In this document: piece after piece, positions 55,007 to 64,000 of the stretch | How positions within the stretch are numbered: the first letter of the stretch is position 1 | How the letters are laid out: every line of letters starts with the position of its first letter | NCBI GenBank assembly: GCA_945893185.1 | Contig: CAMDDW010000006.1 | Coordinates: forward strand, 13,495 to 77,494 | Length of the DNA stretch: 64,000 nt | Direction: 5' to 3' | DNA from: Akkermansia muciniphila | GTDB taxonomy: Bacteria; Verrucomicrobiota; Verrucomicrobiia; Limisphaerales; UBA9464 | Position numbers and translations under genes: made by a program | Notes under the pieces: model-generated | The model's database searches: none | What the model saw: only the letters and a program-made list of their open reading frames with translations | What the model was told of the DNA's origin: nothing

Positions 55007-55104
55007 GTCTCTGAAGCTCTTGCAGAAGAGTCTCTCGGGGGTGAGAACTCGGGTCGAAGGGTAACAGGAACGATTCGTCGTTTGACGGATGCAACCAATC
55101 TCCG
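54905..55104. repeat. direct repeat copy 2
   Basis: See copy 1. It ends 24 bp before the start codon of the next gene (55129). Confidence 0.85.
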
Positions 55105-55128
55105 TGTACTCGCACCACCCCTCCCTGC

Positions 55129-57132
55129 ATGAAGAAATTTACGTCGCTCGTTCTCTCCGGTGCGGTTTTTTCGCTCGTCCTGACCGCCCGCGCCGACGCA
55201 ACCCGTTCCGGTCGCGACAATGCGCTGGGCCAACTCAAGCAGATGAAGGTCGCTGATGGACTCGAGGTGAAGCTTTTCGCTCTCGAACCCGCGGTGGTCA
55301 ACCCGGCCAACCTCGACATCGATGCCTCGGGTCGCATCTGGGTCACCGAGGGGGCCAATTACCGGTTGTTCCAAAAATGGGGCAAGCTCCGCCCAGATGG
55401 CGACCGCATCCAAGTGCTGGAAGACACCAACGGGGACGGCGAGGCCGACAAGGCCACGACATTCTACCAGGGCAACGAGATCAATACCGCGCTGGGGATT
55501 TGCGTGCTGGGAGACAAGGTCATCGTCAGTTGCTCACCCAACGTCCTCCTGTTCGAGGACAAGAACGGCGACCTCAAGGCCGATGGTCCGCCCAAGATTA
55601 TCTTCACCGGCATCAAGGGCGTGGATCACGATCACGGCGTCCATGCATTCATCTTCGGCCCCGACGGAAAGCTCTACTTCAACATGGGCAATGACGGCAG
55701 GGAGTTGCACACGGCCGATGGCCGGTTGGTCGTCGATGCCGAGGGCAACGAAGTCATCACCCGAGGCAAACCCTATCGGCAAGGCCTCGCATTCCGACTG
55801 AACGAGGACTTCACGGGGGTCGAGGTCTTGGGACACAACTTCCGCAACAACTATGAATTGACGGTGGATTCGTTCGGCACTGTTTGGCAGTCCGACAACG
55901 ACGATGACGGCAACCAGGGCGTCCGCATCAACTACGTAATGGAGCACGGCAATTTCGGCTACAGCGATGAACTAACCGGCGCGGGCTGGGGTCAGAAGCG
56001 CACGGGATGGGAGGGCGAAGTTCCCAAGCGTCACTGGCATCTCAACGATCCTGGAGTCGTGCCCAACCTGCTGCAAACCGGCGCAGGTTCACCCACCGGC
56101 ATTACGATCTACGAAGGCAAGTTGCTGCCGGAAGTCTTCCAGAACCAACTCATCCACTGCGACGCCGGGCCGCGCGTGGTGCGGGCCTATCCCGTCACGA
56201 AGTCGGGCGCGGGCTACGATGCGACGATCAAGGACATCCTCACGAGCGAGGATTCGTGGTTCCGTCCCAGCGACGTCGGCGTGGCACCGGACGGATCGAT
56301 CTTCGTGGCCGACTGGAATGACTCGGGCGTCGGCGGTCACTACATGGCGGACCATAAGCTAGAGACGATGACGGGGCGCATCTATCGTGTGGCTCCTCCC
56401 GGCCACAAGGCCCGTGGGTCGACGCCAGACTTTAAGTCCGCCAAGGGCGCCGTCGCCGCGCTCCAATCGCCCAACCAAGCAACCCGCTATCTGGCCTGGC
56501 ATGCGCTCCACGGCATGGGCAGCAAGGCTGAGGGCGAGTTGAAGAAGCTCTGGGCAAACAACGATCCCCGGATGCGCGCCCGTGCGTTGCAGTTGCTCGC
56601 TCGCATCGACACCAAGAAGGCCGTCGAGTGGACCAGCAAGGGGTTGAAGGACCCCGAAAGCGACCTCCGCATTACCGCTCTCCGCATCGCTGGCGAACGC
56701 GGGTTGGACGTGATTCCCATCGTAAAAACCCTGATCAATGATGCCAGCGTCCAAGTTCGCCGCGAAGCCATCCTAGCACTCCGCCATAGCAAAGCAGCGG
56801 AGGCGCCCGCCTTGTGGGCCAAACTTGCGCAGCAGTATGATGGAAAGGATCGGTGGTATCTCGAAGCCCTAGGCATCGCCGCCGACAAGCAATGGGACGC
56901 CTACCTGACGGCGTGGCAGCAACTCGCTCACGATGTGTCCAAATCACCCATTGGACGCGAGCTCGTCTGGCGTTCCCGCGCCAAGGCGACGCCGGATTTG
57001 TTAGTCCGACTTATCAGCGACTCGGGAACCAACGAGGCAGAGCGGAATCGCTACTTGCGCTCCCTCGACTTCCAAAGCGGGCCTGAGAAAGACGCCGCGC
57101 TGCTCCAACTGCTGACCATTCCTGCCAAGTGA
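55129..57132 (+). CDS. PVC-type membrane-bound-dehydrogenase-domain / HEAT-repeat protein (split form, N-terminal component)
   Basis: 667 aa. Signal peptide MKKFTSLVLSGAVFSLVLTARA. VADGLEVKLFALEPAVVNPANLDIDASGRIWVTEG and GDGEADK motifs. C-terminal HEAT-like repeats. No heme motif. Confidence 0.9.
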   Translation: MKKFTSLVLSGAVFSLVLTARADATRSGRDNALGQLKQMKVADGLEVKLFALEPAVVNPANLDIDASGRIWVTEGANYRLFQKWGKLRPDGDRIQVLEDTNGDGEADKATTFYQGNEINTALGICVLGDKVIVSCSPNVLLFEDKNGDLKADGPPKIIFTGIKGVDHDHGVHAFIFGPDGKLYFNMGNDGRELHTADGRLVVDAEGNEVITRGKPYRQGLAFRLNEDFTGVEVLGHNFRNNYELTVDSFGTVWQSDNDDDGNQGVRINYVMEHGNFGYSDELTGAGWGQKRTGWEGEVPKRHWHLNDPGVVPNLLQTGAGSPTGITIYEGKLLPEVFQNQLIHCDAGPRVVRAYPVTKSGAGYDATIKDILTSEDSWFRPSDVGVAPDGSIFVADWNDSGVGGHYMADHKLETMTGRIYRVAPPGHKARGSTPDFKSAKGAVAALQSPNQATRYLAWHALHGMGSKAEGELKKLWANNDPRMRARALQLLARIDTKKAVEWTSKGLKDPESDLRITALRIAGERGLDVIPIVKTLINDASVQVRREAILALRHSKAAEAPALWAKLAQQYDGKDRWYLEALGIAADKQWDAYLTAWQQLAHDVSKSPIGRELVWRSRAKATPDLLVRLISDSGTNEAERNRYLRSLDFQSGPEKDAALLQLLTIPAK

Positions 57133-58298
57133 GAGAGGTGGGCGTGCGCCGGTCTTGGTGGGTACCAACGACGGCGGGTCTCAGAACGGCGGCCCTTCGA
57201 TCCACCGTTCTGGCATTGACCGTTTCCTGGTTCACCCTCTCGCCTGGCATCTCAGCGGACGACTCGCGCACCCAAGTAATGCTCGAGGCATTGAGCCGTC
57301 TTAAAGGGCGAGATCTGGAGGCGAACCCAGCGCTCAAGAATGCTGTGTTGAACGTGCTCAAGCAGGTGGACGGCAAGCCGGCTGCCGTAGAGATCATTCG
57401 CGATTTCCAACTCAAGGATCAGGCTCAAGCCCTCCTCGACTTCGCGTTGAAGAATCCCACAGACCCCGCCGCGGCCGAGGCGTTGAAAACCATTCTCGCC
57501 TTCGAACGCATCGATCTCATTAGGGCCTCACTCGCGGCCGACCTCCCGGCGGGAGTTTTGGTCGATTTGCTCGGGGTCACCGCCGAGAACCGAATCTCTC
57601 CGCTTTTAATTCCGCTCGTCGTGGACCCGAAGCGCGATGTTGGTTTGCGTCGTCGGGCGGTCAAATCCCTCGCTCGCGTCCAAGAGGGGGTGGTTGGCCT
57701 GATCGCCTTGGCTAAGGACGACCGTTTGCCTCCCGACGTGAGGGGAATCGCTACGACCGAACTGAGCGCCGTGCGTTGGCCCCAGCTGAAGGCCGAGGCG
57801 GCACGGGTGCTTCCACCGCCTGTGGTCCAGGGCGACCGGGCACTACCACCCATCGCCGAATTACTCCAATGGACGGGAGACGCCTCGAAAGGCGCGGTTA
57901 TTTTCCGACGGCCCACGGTCAATTGCATCGGCTGCCACCAGGTCGGAACCGAGGGATCTGATTTTGGGCCGGCCCTCACCGAGATCGGAACCAAACTGGG
58001 CAAGGACGCCTTGTTTGATTCCATTCTCGATCCCAGCGCAGGCATCGGATTCGGCTACGAAGCCTGGCAGTTCGAATTAAAGAACGGGGACGAAGCCTTC
58101 GGCCTCATTGGCAGCGAGACCGAAGATCAGGTCGTATTGAAGGTTCCGGGTGGGACACCTCAGAAACTCAAGAAATCGGAGATCCGTCAGCGGACCCAGC
58201 AGAAACTCTCCATCATGCCGGCCAACTTGCAGGCTGCATTGAGCGCCCAAGAATTCGTGGACTTGATCGCGTATTTGGCGTCCTTGAAGAAACCGTGA
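57129..58298 (+). CDS. HEAT-repeat / CxxCH heme-binding protein (split form, C-terminal component)
   Basis: 389 aa. GTG start overlaps the upstream stop (GTGA). Signal-peptide-like AALRSTVLALTVSWFTLSPGISA. C-terminal CIGCHQVGTEGSDFGPALT...SIMPANL...EFVDLIAYL. Confidence 0.85.
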   Translation: MREVGVRRSWWVPTTAGLRTAALRSTVLALTVSWFTLSPGISADDSRTQVMLEALSRLKGRDLEANPALKNAVLNVLKQVDGKPAAVEIIRDFQLKDQAQALLDFALKNPTDPAAAEALKTILAFERIDLIRASLAADLPAGVLVDLLGVTAENRISPLLIPLVVDPKRDVGLRRRAVKSLARVQEGVVGLIALAKDDRLPPDVRGIATTELSAVRWPQLKAEAARVLPPPVVQGDRALPPIAELLQWTGDASKGAVIFRRPTVNCIGCHQVGTEGSDFGPALTEIGTKLGKDALFDSILDPSAGIGFGYEAWQFELKNGDEAFGLIGSETEDQVVLKVPGGTPQKLKKSEIRQRTQQKLSIMPANLQAALSAQEFVDLIAYLASLKKP

Positions 58299-58357
58299 GT
58301 CGGCAACACTGCGGCCCGTGTAGTGCTGCCCCTGGGATCGCGCCGTGGGGCTTGATA

Positions 58358-59239
58358 CTATTTCTTCAGCCGTTGCTCGAAGTAGGTGATTAACGCCTTC
58401 TCCGCCTTCTCGGCGTCCGCACCCTTAAACCCGTGCCCTGCCCCCTCGACCGTCAGCAGTTCTGCGGATACGCCGCAGGCCGTGAGCCGGTCGCGCATCC
58501 AGACTCCCTGTTCGTAGGCCACGTATTTGTCCTCGGTGCCATGAATAATGAGCGAGGGCGCAGCGTTAGGAGTCACCCAATTCAGCGGACTGGATTGAAT
58601 GTGCTTGGCGCGCGCAGTCGTCACGTCACCGCCCAGCCACAGGGGCAGCACGACGTGCGCATCCACGCTCTTGCCGTAGGACTGGGTGAAGTCGCTCGGG
58701 CCATAGACATTGACCACGCAAGTGACAGCACTCGAGAAGCCGGGATTGTCCATTCCTTCAAACTCCTTCACGCCCGCAGTCACACCGAGAAACTGAGCGA
58801 GATGACCTCCTGCCGAGCTGCCGGTCACGCCAATGAGGTCAGGATTCATGCCGTACTTTGCGGAGTTCGCACGGATCCAACGCACCGCCGCCTTGGTGTC
58901 GTAGATGGCGGCCGGAAATAGGTGCGTCGGTGCGAGTCGGTAGCTAATGGTGACGGCCGCAAAACCCCGCTGTGCGAGGGTAAGGCACAGCGAGTTGTAA
59001 CCCTCACGGTTGCCGGCGCGAAAGCCGCCACCGTGGATGCACACCACAACCGGGAGCGGTCCACTCGCGTGCTTCGGGCGAGCGAGGTTGAGCTGCATCC
59101 GAGCGCCGCCCGCTTCTGCGTAAGTAATTTCTCGTTCGAAGGTGACGGTATCCGGGATCACAGGTTCAACAGCCCGTGCCGCAACAAGGGCCAGACTGTA
59201 GAAGAGGACGGCGAGCACGGAAGGGAAACGAGGCATCAT
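58358..59239 (-). CDS. secreted alpha/beta hydrolase (esterase/lipase family)
   Basis: 293 aa. Signal peptide. Oxyanion HGGGF (CIHGGGFRAG). Nucleophile elbow GSSAGG. C-terminal HGTEDKYV and GAGHGF. Confidence 0.85.
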   Translation of the reverse strand: MMPRFPSVLAVLFYSLALVAARAVEPVIPDTVTFEREITYAEAGGARMQLNLARPKHASGPLPVVVCIHGGGFRAGNREGYNSLCLTLAQRGFAAVTISYRLAPTHLFPAAIYDTKAAVRWIRANSAKYGMNPDLIGVTGSSAGGHLAQFLGVTAGVKEFEGMDNPGFSSAVTCVVNVYGPSDFTQSYGKSVDAHVVLPLWLGGDVTTARAKHIQSSPLNWVTPNAAPSLIIHGTEDKYVAYEQGVWMRDRLTACGVSAELLTVEGAGHGFKGADAEKAEKALITYFEQRLKK

Positions 59240-59290
59240 GAGGGTAAGGGTGTGGACCGTGTTGACAGGTTGGAGGAGTAAACCTTTTAG

Positions 59291-59440
59291 CCAGAACGAT
59301 TCAGTTGGGAGGAAAATGATGGCGTGGCCGATTCTTTCGCTCGGTGAGGCGAGGGCTTGTTGCTCATGGAGGTCCTGTTGCTTTCAAAGCTCGAGCAATC
59401 GCCGCTTAAGCCACCGGAACAACGACGAACAACGCTCTTG
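59291..59440. repeat. copy B of the dispersed non-coding intergenic element
   Basis: See 16911-17040. It has the same block order and orientation, with about 20 extra nt in the middle. Confidence 0.6.
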
Positions 59441-59557
59441 GCACCTCCTAGCAAAACCTCATTACTGCAAGACTCAACTCGACCCAGAAGCGGTTCTCCG
59501 TAGATCCTCTGAAGTTGTCACCCGAAACTATAGAAATATCTTGAGCGTCCATCAGCA

Positions 59558-61948
59558 ATGTCCGCCTTCAAATGCAGTTCAATGACTATCCACGGCCACA
59601 CTGAGCGAGGGGCGTTTTTGGGGTTTCGCGACGCTGGGTTTGCGCGGACCTGGGTCTTGATTTTCGCGGGATGCTGGCTTGGTTTGATTTGCACGAAATC
59701 TTGGGGAGCAGAGGTGGCCACAGCCCATCCCTCCGCCGAACAAATCGAGTTCTTTGAGAACAAGATTCGACCGGTGCTAACCCAGCACTGCTATTCCTGC
59801 CACTCGGCCGAAGCAACCAAGCTCAAGGCCGGTCTGCGGCTCGACAGTCGGGCCGGCCTGCTCAAGGGAGGCGACACCGGGCCAGCCATCGTGCCGGGCC
59901 AACCCGATGCCAGTTTGCTCATCCAAGCGGTGCGCTATAAGGACGACGATACCGCCATGCCGCCGAAGAAACCCTTGCCGGAGGCTCTGGTTGCCGACCT
60001 CGAAGCTTGGGTGCGCATGGGTAGTCCATGGCCGGAGACGGAGAGAACAGGATCACCAGCCAGGGTAGAGATCCAGGGATTCGACTGGGCGAAGTTTCGC
60101 TTGGAACATTGGGCTTTTCGGAAAATCACACCGTCGGAACCGCCGACAGTGAAAAATGCGTCCTGGGTGAGTCATCCGATCGACCAATTTGTCCTCGCCC
60201 GGCTTCAGGCCGCCGGTTTGAAGCCCGCGTCCCCCGCGGAAAAGCGCGTTGTCATTCGCCGGGCTTACCTCGATCTCACTGGCCTGCCTCCCACTCCAGA
60301 AGAGGTTGCGACGTTTCTTGCCGACCCGTCACCAGACTCCTTCGCCAAGGTTGTCGACGCGCTCCTTGCCTCGCCGCAATACGGCGAACACTGGGGGCGG
60401 CACTGGCTGGATGTCGCGCGCTACAGCGACGGACTAGGAGGATTTCTCGACTCCGAAGAGTTGCCCGAAGCGTGGCGTTACCGGGACTGGGTTGTTGGCG
60501 CCCTGAATCGCGACCTGCCCTATGACCAGTTCGTACGAGCGCAAATCGCGGGCGATCTCCTTTCGAACGACCCGGATTTGGCGATTGCCACCGGCTTTTT
60601 CGCGGTAGGTCCCACTTACATTTCGGACGGCGGCGACCCCGAGGCCACGGCGCAGGCCCGGGCGGAGACGCTGGCCGATCGGGTGGACACCTTCTCGCGG
60701 ACGTTCCTCGGACTGACCGTGGCTTGTGCGCGCTGTCACGATCACAAATTCGATCCGATCACCGCGCGAGACTACTACGCGCTGGCAGGGATTTTTGACA
60801 ACTCCAAGGTCGAACTGACTTCGATCGCTCCGCGTGAGGTGATGAGCGCCTTCGATGCCGCCCAGAAAGCCATCAAGGATCATGAAAAACTCATCAAAGC
60901 CGCCGGAACCAACACCGCAGCGAAGTCCCAAGAAGCGCCGCTGAAGGCAGAATTGGAACGCCTCAAAAAAGCCGCGCCGCCCGCTTATGCCAAGGCGCAC
61001 CTGCTCGTGGACCGCGGAAGCAAGGACATGCCCGTCGCCATTCGGGGCGACTTGCGCAAGCCGGGCGAACCAGCACCCCGCCGTTTCTTGCAAATCGTCG
61101 CCGGAGAAAACCCTCCGCTCTTCAAAGATGGGAGCGGCCGCCGTCAACTGGCAGAGGCGGTGACCGATCCCGCCAATGCGTTGACCGCGCGCGTCATCGT
61201 GAACCGCGTTTGGCAACACCACTTCGGCCAGGCGCTGGTCCGCACGCCGAGCAATTTTGGCATGCTCGGTGAAAAGCCCACCCATCCGGAACTGCTCGAC
61301 TGGCTCGCATCGACGCTCATGGAAAACGGTTGGTCCCTAAAAAAGCTCCATCGCCTGATCCTGCTTTCGTCCACTTGGCAGATGAGCAGCCAGTATCGCA
61401 CAGAGGCGTTTGCGAAGGACGGCGAGAACCGCCTGCTCTGGCGGATGAACCCTCGCAAACTCGAGGTAGAATCTTGGCGCGACAGCATGCTCGCGGTCAC
61501 CGGCGAACTCGATCGCGCCCTCGGAGGGCCGCCTTCAGACAAGATTCTCGAATCCAGCCGCCGCACTCTCTACGGCAAGGTCAGCCGCAACGGCGACCGG
61601 TTTCTCTCCGATGAATTTCTGCGTCTCTTCGACTTTCCAGCTCCTCGCTCAACGAGCGAGCAACGCACCGCCAGCACGGTCCCTCGACAGCATCTCTTCA
61701 TGATGAACAGCGCCTTCATGGCTGCCCGGGCCCAGGCGCTGGCCGCCCGGCTCCAACGTGAATCCAACGACGACCGTGCCCGCATCGCCCGCGCCTACCA
61801 GTTGCTCTACTCCCGAACGCCGGCAGCCGACGAGACCGCCCTCGGCCTGGCGTTCCTCGCCGAGACCGCCCCTGGAACGACTCGTTCCCGCTGGGATTCC
61901 TATACACAGGCCTTGCTCTCAGCTCATGAGTTCATTCAAAACCAATAA
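59558..61948 (+). CDS. PSCyt1 (planctomycete cytochrome c) / DUF1549 / DUF1553 domain protein
   Basis: 796 aa. Heme motif CYSCHS within FFENKIRPVLTQHCYSCHS...GGDTGPAIVPG...MPP. DUF1549 block IDQFVLARLQAAGLKPASPAEKRVVIRRAYLDLTGLPPTPEEV...SPQYGEHWGRHWLD. CARCHDHKFDPI. DUF1553-like C-terminus. Confidence 0.9.
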   Translation: MSAFKCSSMTIHGHTERGAFLGFRDAGFARTWVLIFAGCWLGLICTKSWGAEVATAHPSAEQIEFFENKIRPVLTQHCYSCHSAEATKLKAGLRLDSRAGLLKGGDTGPAIVPGQPDASLLIQAVRYKDDDTAMPPKKPLPEALVADLEAWVRMGSPWPETERTGSPARVEIQGFDWAKFRLEHWAFRKITPSEPPTVKNASWVSHPIDQFVLARLQAAGLKPASPAEKRVVIRRAYLDLTGLPPTPEEVATFLADPSPDSFAKVVDALLASPQYGEHWGRHWLDVARYSDGLGGFLDSEELPEAWRYRDWVVGALNRDLPYDQFVRAQIAGDLLSNDPDLAIATGFFAVGPTYISDGGDPEATAQARAETLADRVDTFSRTFLGLTVACARCHDHKFDPITARDYYALAGIFDNSKVELTSIAPREVMSAFDAAQKAIKDHEKLIKAAGTNTAAKSQEAPLKAELERLKKAAPPAYAKAHLLVDRGSKDMPVAIRGDLRKPGEPAPRRFLQIVAGENPPLFKDGSGRRQLAEAVTDPANALTARVIVNRVWQHHFGQALVRTPSNFGMLGEKPTHPELLDWLASTLMENGWSLKKLHRLILLSSTWQMSSQYRTEAFAKDGENRLLWRMNPRKLEVESWRDSMLAVTGELDRALGGPPSDKILESSRRTLYGKVSRNGDRFLSDEFLRLFDFPAPRSTSEQRTASTVPRQHLFMMNSAFMAARAQALAARLQRESNDDRARIARAYQLLYSRTPAADETALGLAFLAETAPGTTRSRWDSYTQALLSAHEFIQNQ

Positions 61949-61953
61949 GCTCT

Positions 61954-63396
61954 ATGCACTTTGAGCAACACGAAGCCGCCTTCCGCCGAGCCGTCCGGTT
62001 CCATTCGCGCCGCGATTTTCTGAGCCGTCTCGGATCGGGAATAGGAACGATCGGTTTGGCAGGAATGCTCAACCCGACGCGCGCGCTCGGCGGATCGGTG
62101 AGTGAGTCGCCGTTGCTGCCCAAGCGCCCGCATTTTCGGCCTCGAGCCAAACATGTCATCCAGCTCTTCATGCCCGGCGGGCCGTCGCAGGTGGACACCT
62201 TCGACTACAAACCGCAGCTGGCCAAACATGCGGGGAAGCGCCCCGATTCGGTCAACCGCAAGACGCTCCGCGACACCAAAAACGGGCTGATGCCCTCGCC
62301 ATTTTCCTTCCGGCAATACGGCCAAACTGGCAAGTGGGTCAGCGATATTTTCCCGCACGTCGGCGGCTGTGTCGACGACATCAGCTTCATCCACTCGATG
62401 CACACAGACATCCCAGAGCACGCCGGTGCAATGATGATGATGAACGTGGGCGCATTGCAGCCCAACCGTCCGAGCATGGGGGCGTGGCTCGTCTATGGAC
62501 TGGGCACCGAAAATCAGAACCTTCCGGGATTTGTCGCCATGTCCCCACGTGCTCAACCGCGGGGCACCCTCGCCAACTGGGGCAACGCCTTTCTTCCCGG
62601 CGCCTACGCGGGCAGCTACGTAAACCTGGCCGAGATGAAACCCGACGCCGTGATGCGCGATCTGAAGAACACGCACCTCTCCACGCCCGAACAGCAACGG
62701 CAGGTCGATCTCCTCGAGCAACTCAATCGCAAGCACCTCGCACGCCTAGAAAAAGATCAGGACCTAGAAGCCAGTATCGCCGCGATGGAGATGGCCTTTC
62801 GGATGCAATTCTCAGTGCCCGAAGTGTTCGACATCAGCAAAGAATCCCAGGCCACGCGCGACCTCTACGGCGACAGTGAATTTGCCAAGGGCTGCCTGCT
62901 CTCCCGCCGCCTCATCGAACAAGGCGTGCGCGTCGTGCAACTCTCCCTGTCCATCGACGGGTACGACATCGCCTGGGACACCGGCCATGAAAACATCGTG
63001 GATGGCCACGCCCGACTGGCAAAAGCCTGCGACCAAGGCATCGCTGCGCTCATCCACGATCTCAAGGCGAGAGGACTCTTTGACGACACGCTCATCGTCT
63101 GGGGTGGCGAGTTCGGCCGCGCCCCCACCTCTGAAGGCGCCAAAGGCCGCGACCACGATCATTATGGCTACACCAATTGGCTCGCCGGTGGCGGAGTCAA
63201 AAGAGGCTTCAGCTACGGATCGACGGACGAGTTCGGTTGCTCTGCAGTGGAGGACCGCGTCCACGTCCACGACTTCCACGCCACGATTTTGCACCTGATG
63301 GGACTCGACCACGAGAAGCTCACTTACCGCTACTCCGGACGCGATTATCGGCTGACGGATGTTTCCGGGAAAGTCGTTGAGGGAATACTCGCCTAA
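61954..63396 (+). CDS. DUF1501 domain protein
   Basis: 480 aa. SRRDFLSRLGSGIGTIGLAG, KHVIQLFMPGGPSQVDTFDYKP, GRDHDHYGYT, DFHATILHLMGLDHE. It starts 5 bp after the DUF1553 gene. Confidence 0.9.
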   Translation: MHFEQHEAAFRRAVRFHSRRDFLSRLGSGIGTIGLAGMLNPTRALGGSVSESPLLPKRPHFRPRAKHVIQLFMPGGPSQVDTFDYKPQLAKHAGKRPDSVNRKTLRDTKNGLMPSPFSFRQYGQTGKWVSDIFPHVGGCVDDISFIHSMHTDIPEHAGAMMMMNVGALQPNRPSMGAWLVYGLGTENQNLPGFVAMSPRAQPRGTLANWGNAFLPGAYAGSYVNLAEMKPDAVMRDLKNTHLSTPEQQRQVDLLEQLNRKHLARLEKDQDLEASIAAMEMAFRMQFSVPEVFDISKESQATRDLYGDSEFAKGCLLSRRLIEQGVRVVQLSLSIDGYDIAWDTGHENIVDGHARLAKACDQGIAALIHDLKARGLFDDTLIVWGGEFGRAPTSEGAKGRDHDHYGYTNWLAGGGVKRGFSYGSTDEFGCSAVEDRVHVHDFHATILHLMGLDHEKLTYRYSGRDYRLTDVSGKVVEGILA

Positions 63397-63567
63397 CCGA
63401 CATCGCCCGTTGGCTCAGTGTCGAAGGCACCGCACACTGCAGGACCTCTTATTCCGAGAGGCACTCAGTCACTGCACGGTGAGCAGTCTTTGATTTTTTA
63501 AAGGCAAATCCCGACCGAGCGGCAGCCTTCGCACGCGGGATAAATCCTCGGCACTCCACCCTTGGCT

Positions 63568-64000
63568 TCACGGTTTCTGGGGCAGGCGGATGGCCAGAAT
63601 ACGGTGATTCTCGCTGTCACCAATGAGCAGGGTTCCATCGCTTTCGACAAAAATACCGTGAGGACGTGCCAACTGGGTCGGCCCACGAGAACCGGCCAGA
63701 CCGTCGCCCTGGGTTCCGGTTCCAACCACCGTTTCGAGTGTCCGGCGCCGGACACTGTATTTACGAATGACATGGTTTTCGGTGTCGGCCAAATAAACGT
63801 CGCCGTCCGGTGCTACGGAAATTCCCTTAGGCCCATTGAGTGTGGCCGCGCGAGCAGGGCCGCCATCTCCAGAGAATCCGGGGCGCCCCGTCCCCGCCTC
63901 AAGATGAATGACCCCGGCGCGGAGATCGAACCGCAGCAGTTGATGCCCTTCGCGGCTAATGAGAAACAAGTTGCCAGAGGTGTCAAAATCGAGCGAACGC
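63568..64000 (-). CDS. NHL-repeat beta-propeller protein, 5-prime end beyond the window
   Basis: NHL-like repeats: LNGPKGISVAPDGDVYLADTENHVIRKY and LARPHGIFVESDGTLLIGDSENHRI. The frame stays open upstream of the ORF-track Met (…SLDFDTSGNLFLIS), so the gene continues past 64000. Confidence 0.75.
   Translation of the reverse strand, partial: RSLDFDTSGNLFLISREGHQLLRFDLRAGVIHLEAGTGRPGFSGDGGPARAATLNGPKGISVAPDGDVYLADTENHVIRKYSVRRRTLETVVGTGTQGDGLAGSRGPTQLARPHGIFVESDGTLLIGDSENHRILAIRLPQKP

Noticed and set aside
54823-55014. 63-aa ORF spanning the spacer and copy 2 of the duplication.
   Set aside because: It reads the duplicated gene tail out of frame. The in-frame reading reproduces the parental C-terminus, so the ORF is a by-product of the duplication.
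1-64000. Search by eye for tRNA, rRNA, tmRNA and RNase P genes and for integrase or phage genes.
   Set aside because: No intergenic region shows a cloverleaf-compatible sequence or the conserved RNase P or tmRNA cores. A covariance-model scan (tRNAscan-SE, cmscan) would be needed to be certain.

Overview
High-GC bacterial chromosomal fragment; hand counts of a few 60-nt lines give about 58-60 % G+C. The gene content points to the PVC superphylum (Verrucomicrobiota or Planctomycetota). It has two DUF1549/DUF1553 + DUF1501 gene pairs, PVC-type membrane-bound-dehydrogenase/HEAT/CxxCH heme proteins, PQQ-like beta-propellers, and LamG/PA14 and CotH/lamin-tail giant secreted proteins. I support about 50 protein genes. 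Housekeeping genes include tpiA-secG, thrB, leuA, lgt, a His6-type hisA, a BamD/LptE/BamB-like cluster and an Opp-like ABC transporter. I could not recognise any rRNA gene, tRNA gene or CRISPR array.

Most noteworthy, in order:
1. A tightly packed, co-directional 10-gene cluster at 3668-10936 on the minus strand. It runs ECF sigma, small ORF, PflX-like radical SAM, small ORF, AAA+ ATPase, DUF1257, DUF2997, S26-like membrane pseudo-peptidase, TPR protein, orphan PilT ATPase. Three junctions have 4-nt ATGA overlaps. I cannot assign this combination to a described system.
2. A sharply AT-rich island of about 2.2 kb (roughly 48.8-51.0 kb). It encodes an orphan secreted protein and two paralogous membrane-anchored proteins, one of them frameshifted.
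3. A RAYT-like HUH tyrosine transposase next to REP-like hairpins, including a perfect 23-bp inverted repeat.
4. A direct duplication of about 200 bp that copies a gene tail plus its downstream region, lying between a fused and a split paralogue of the PVC dehydrogenase/heme protein.
5. A non-coding element of about 130-150 bp present in two distant divergent intergenic regions.
6. A gamma-glutamylation-type catabolic operon that carries an Fe-alcohol dehydrogenase.

All family assignments come from motif recognition by eye in the supplied translations. No database search was run. Start codons in this high-GC DNA are often ambiguous, and I trimmed several ORF-track entries to internal starts.
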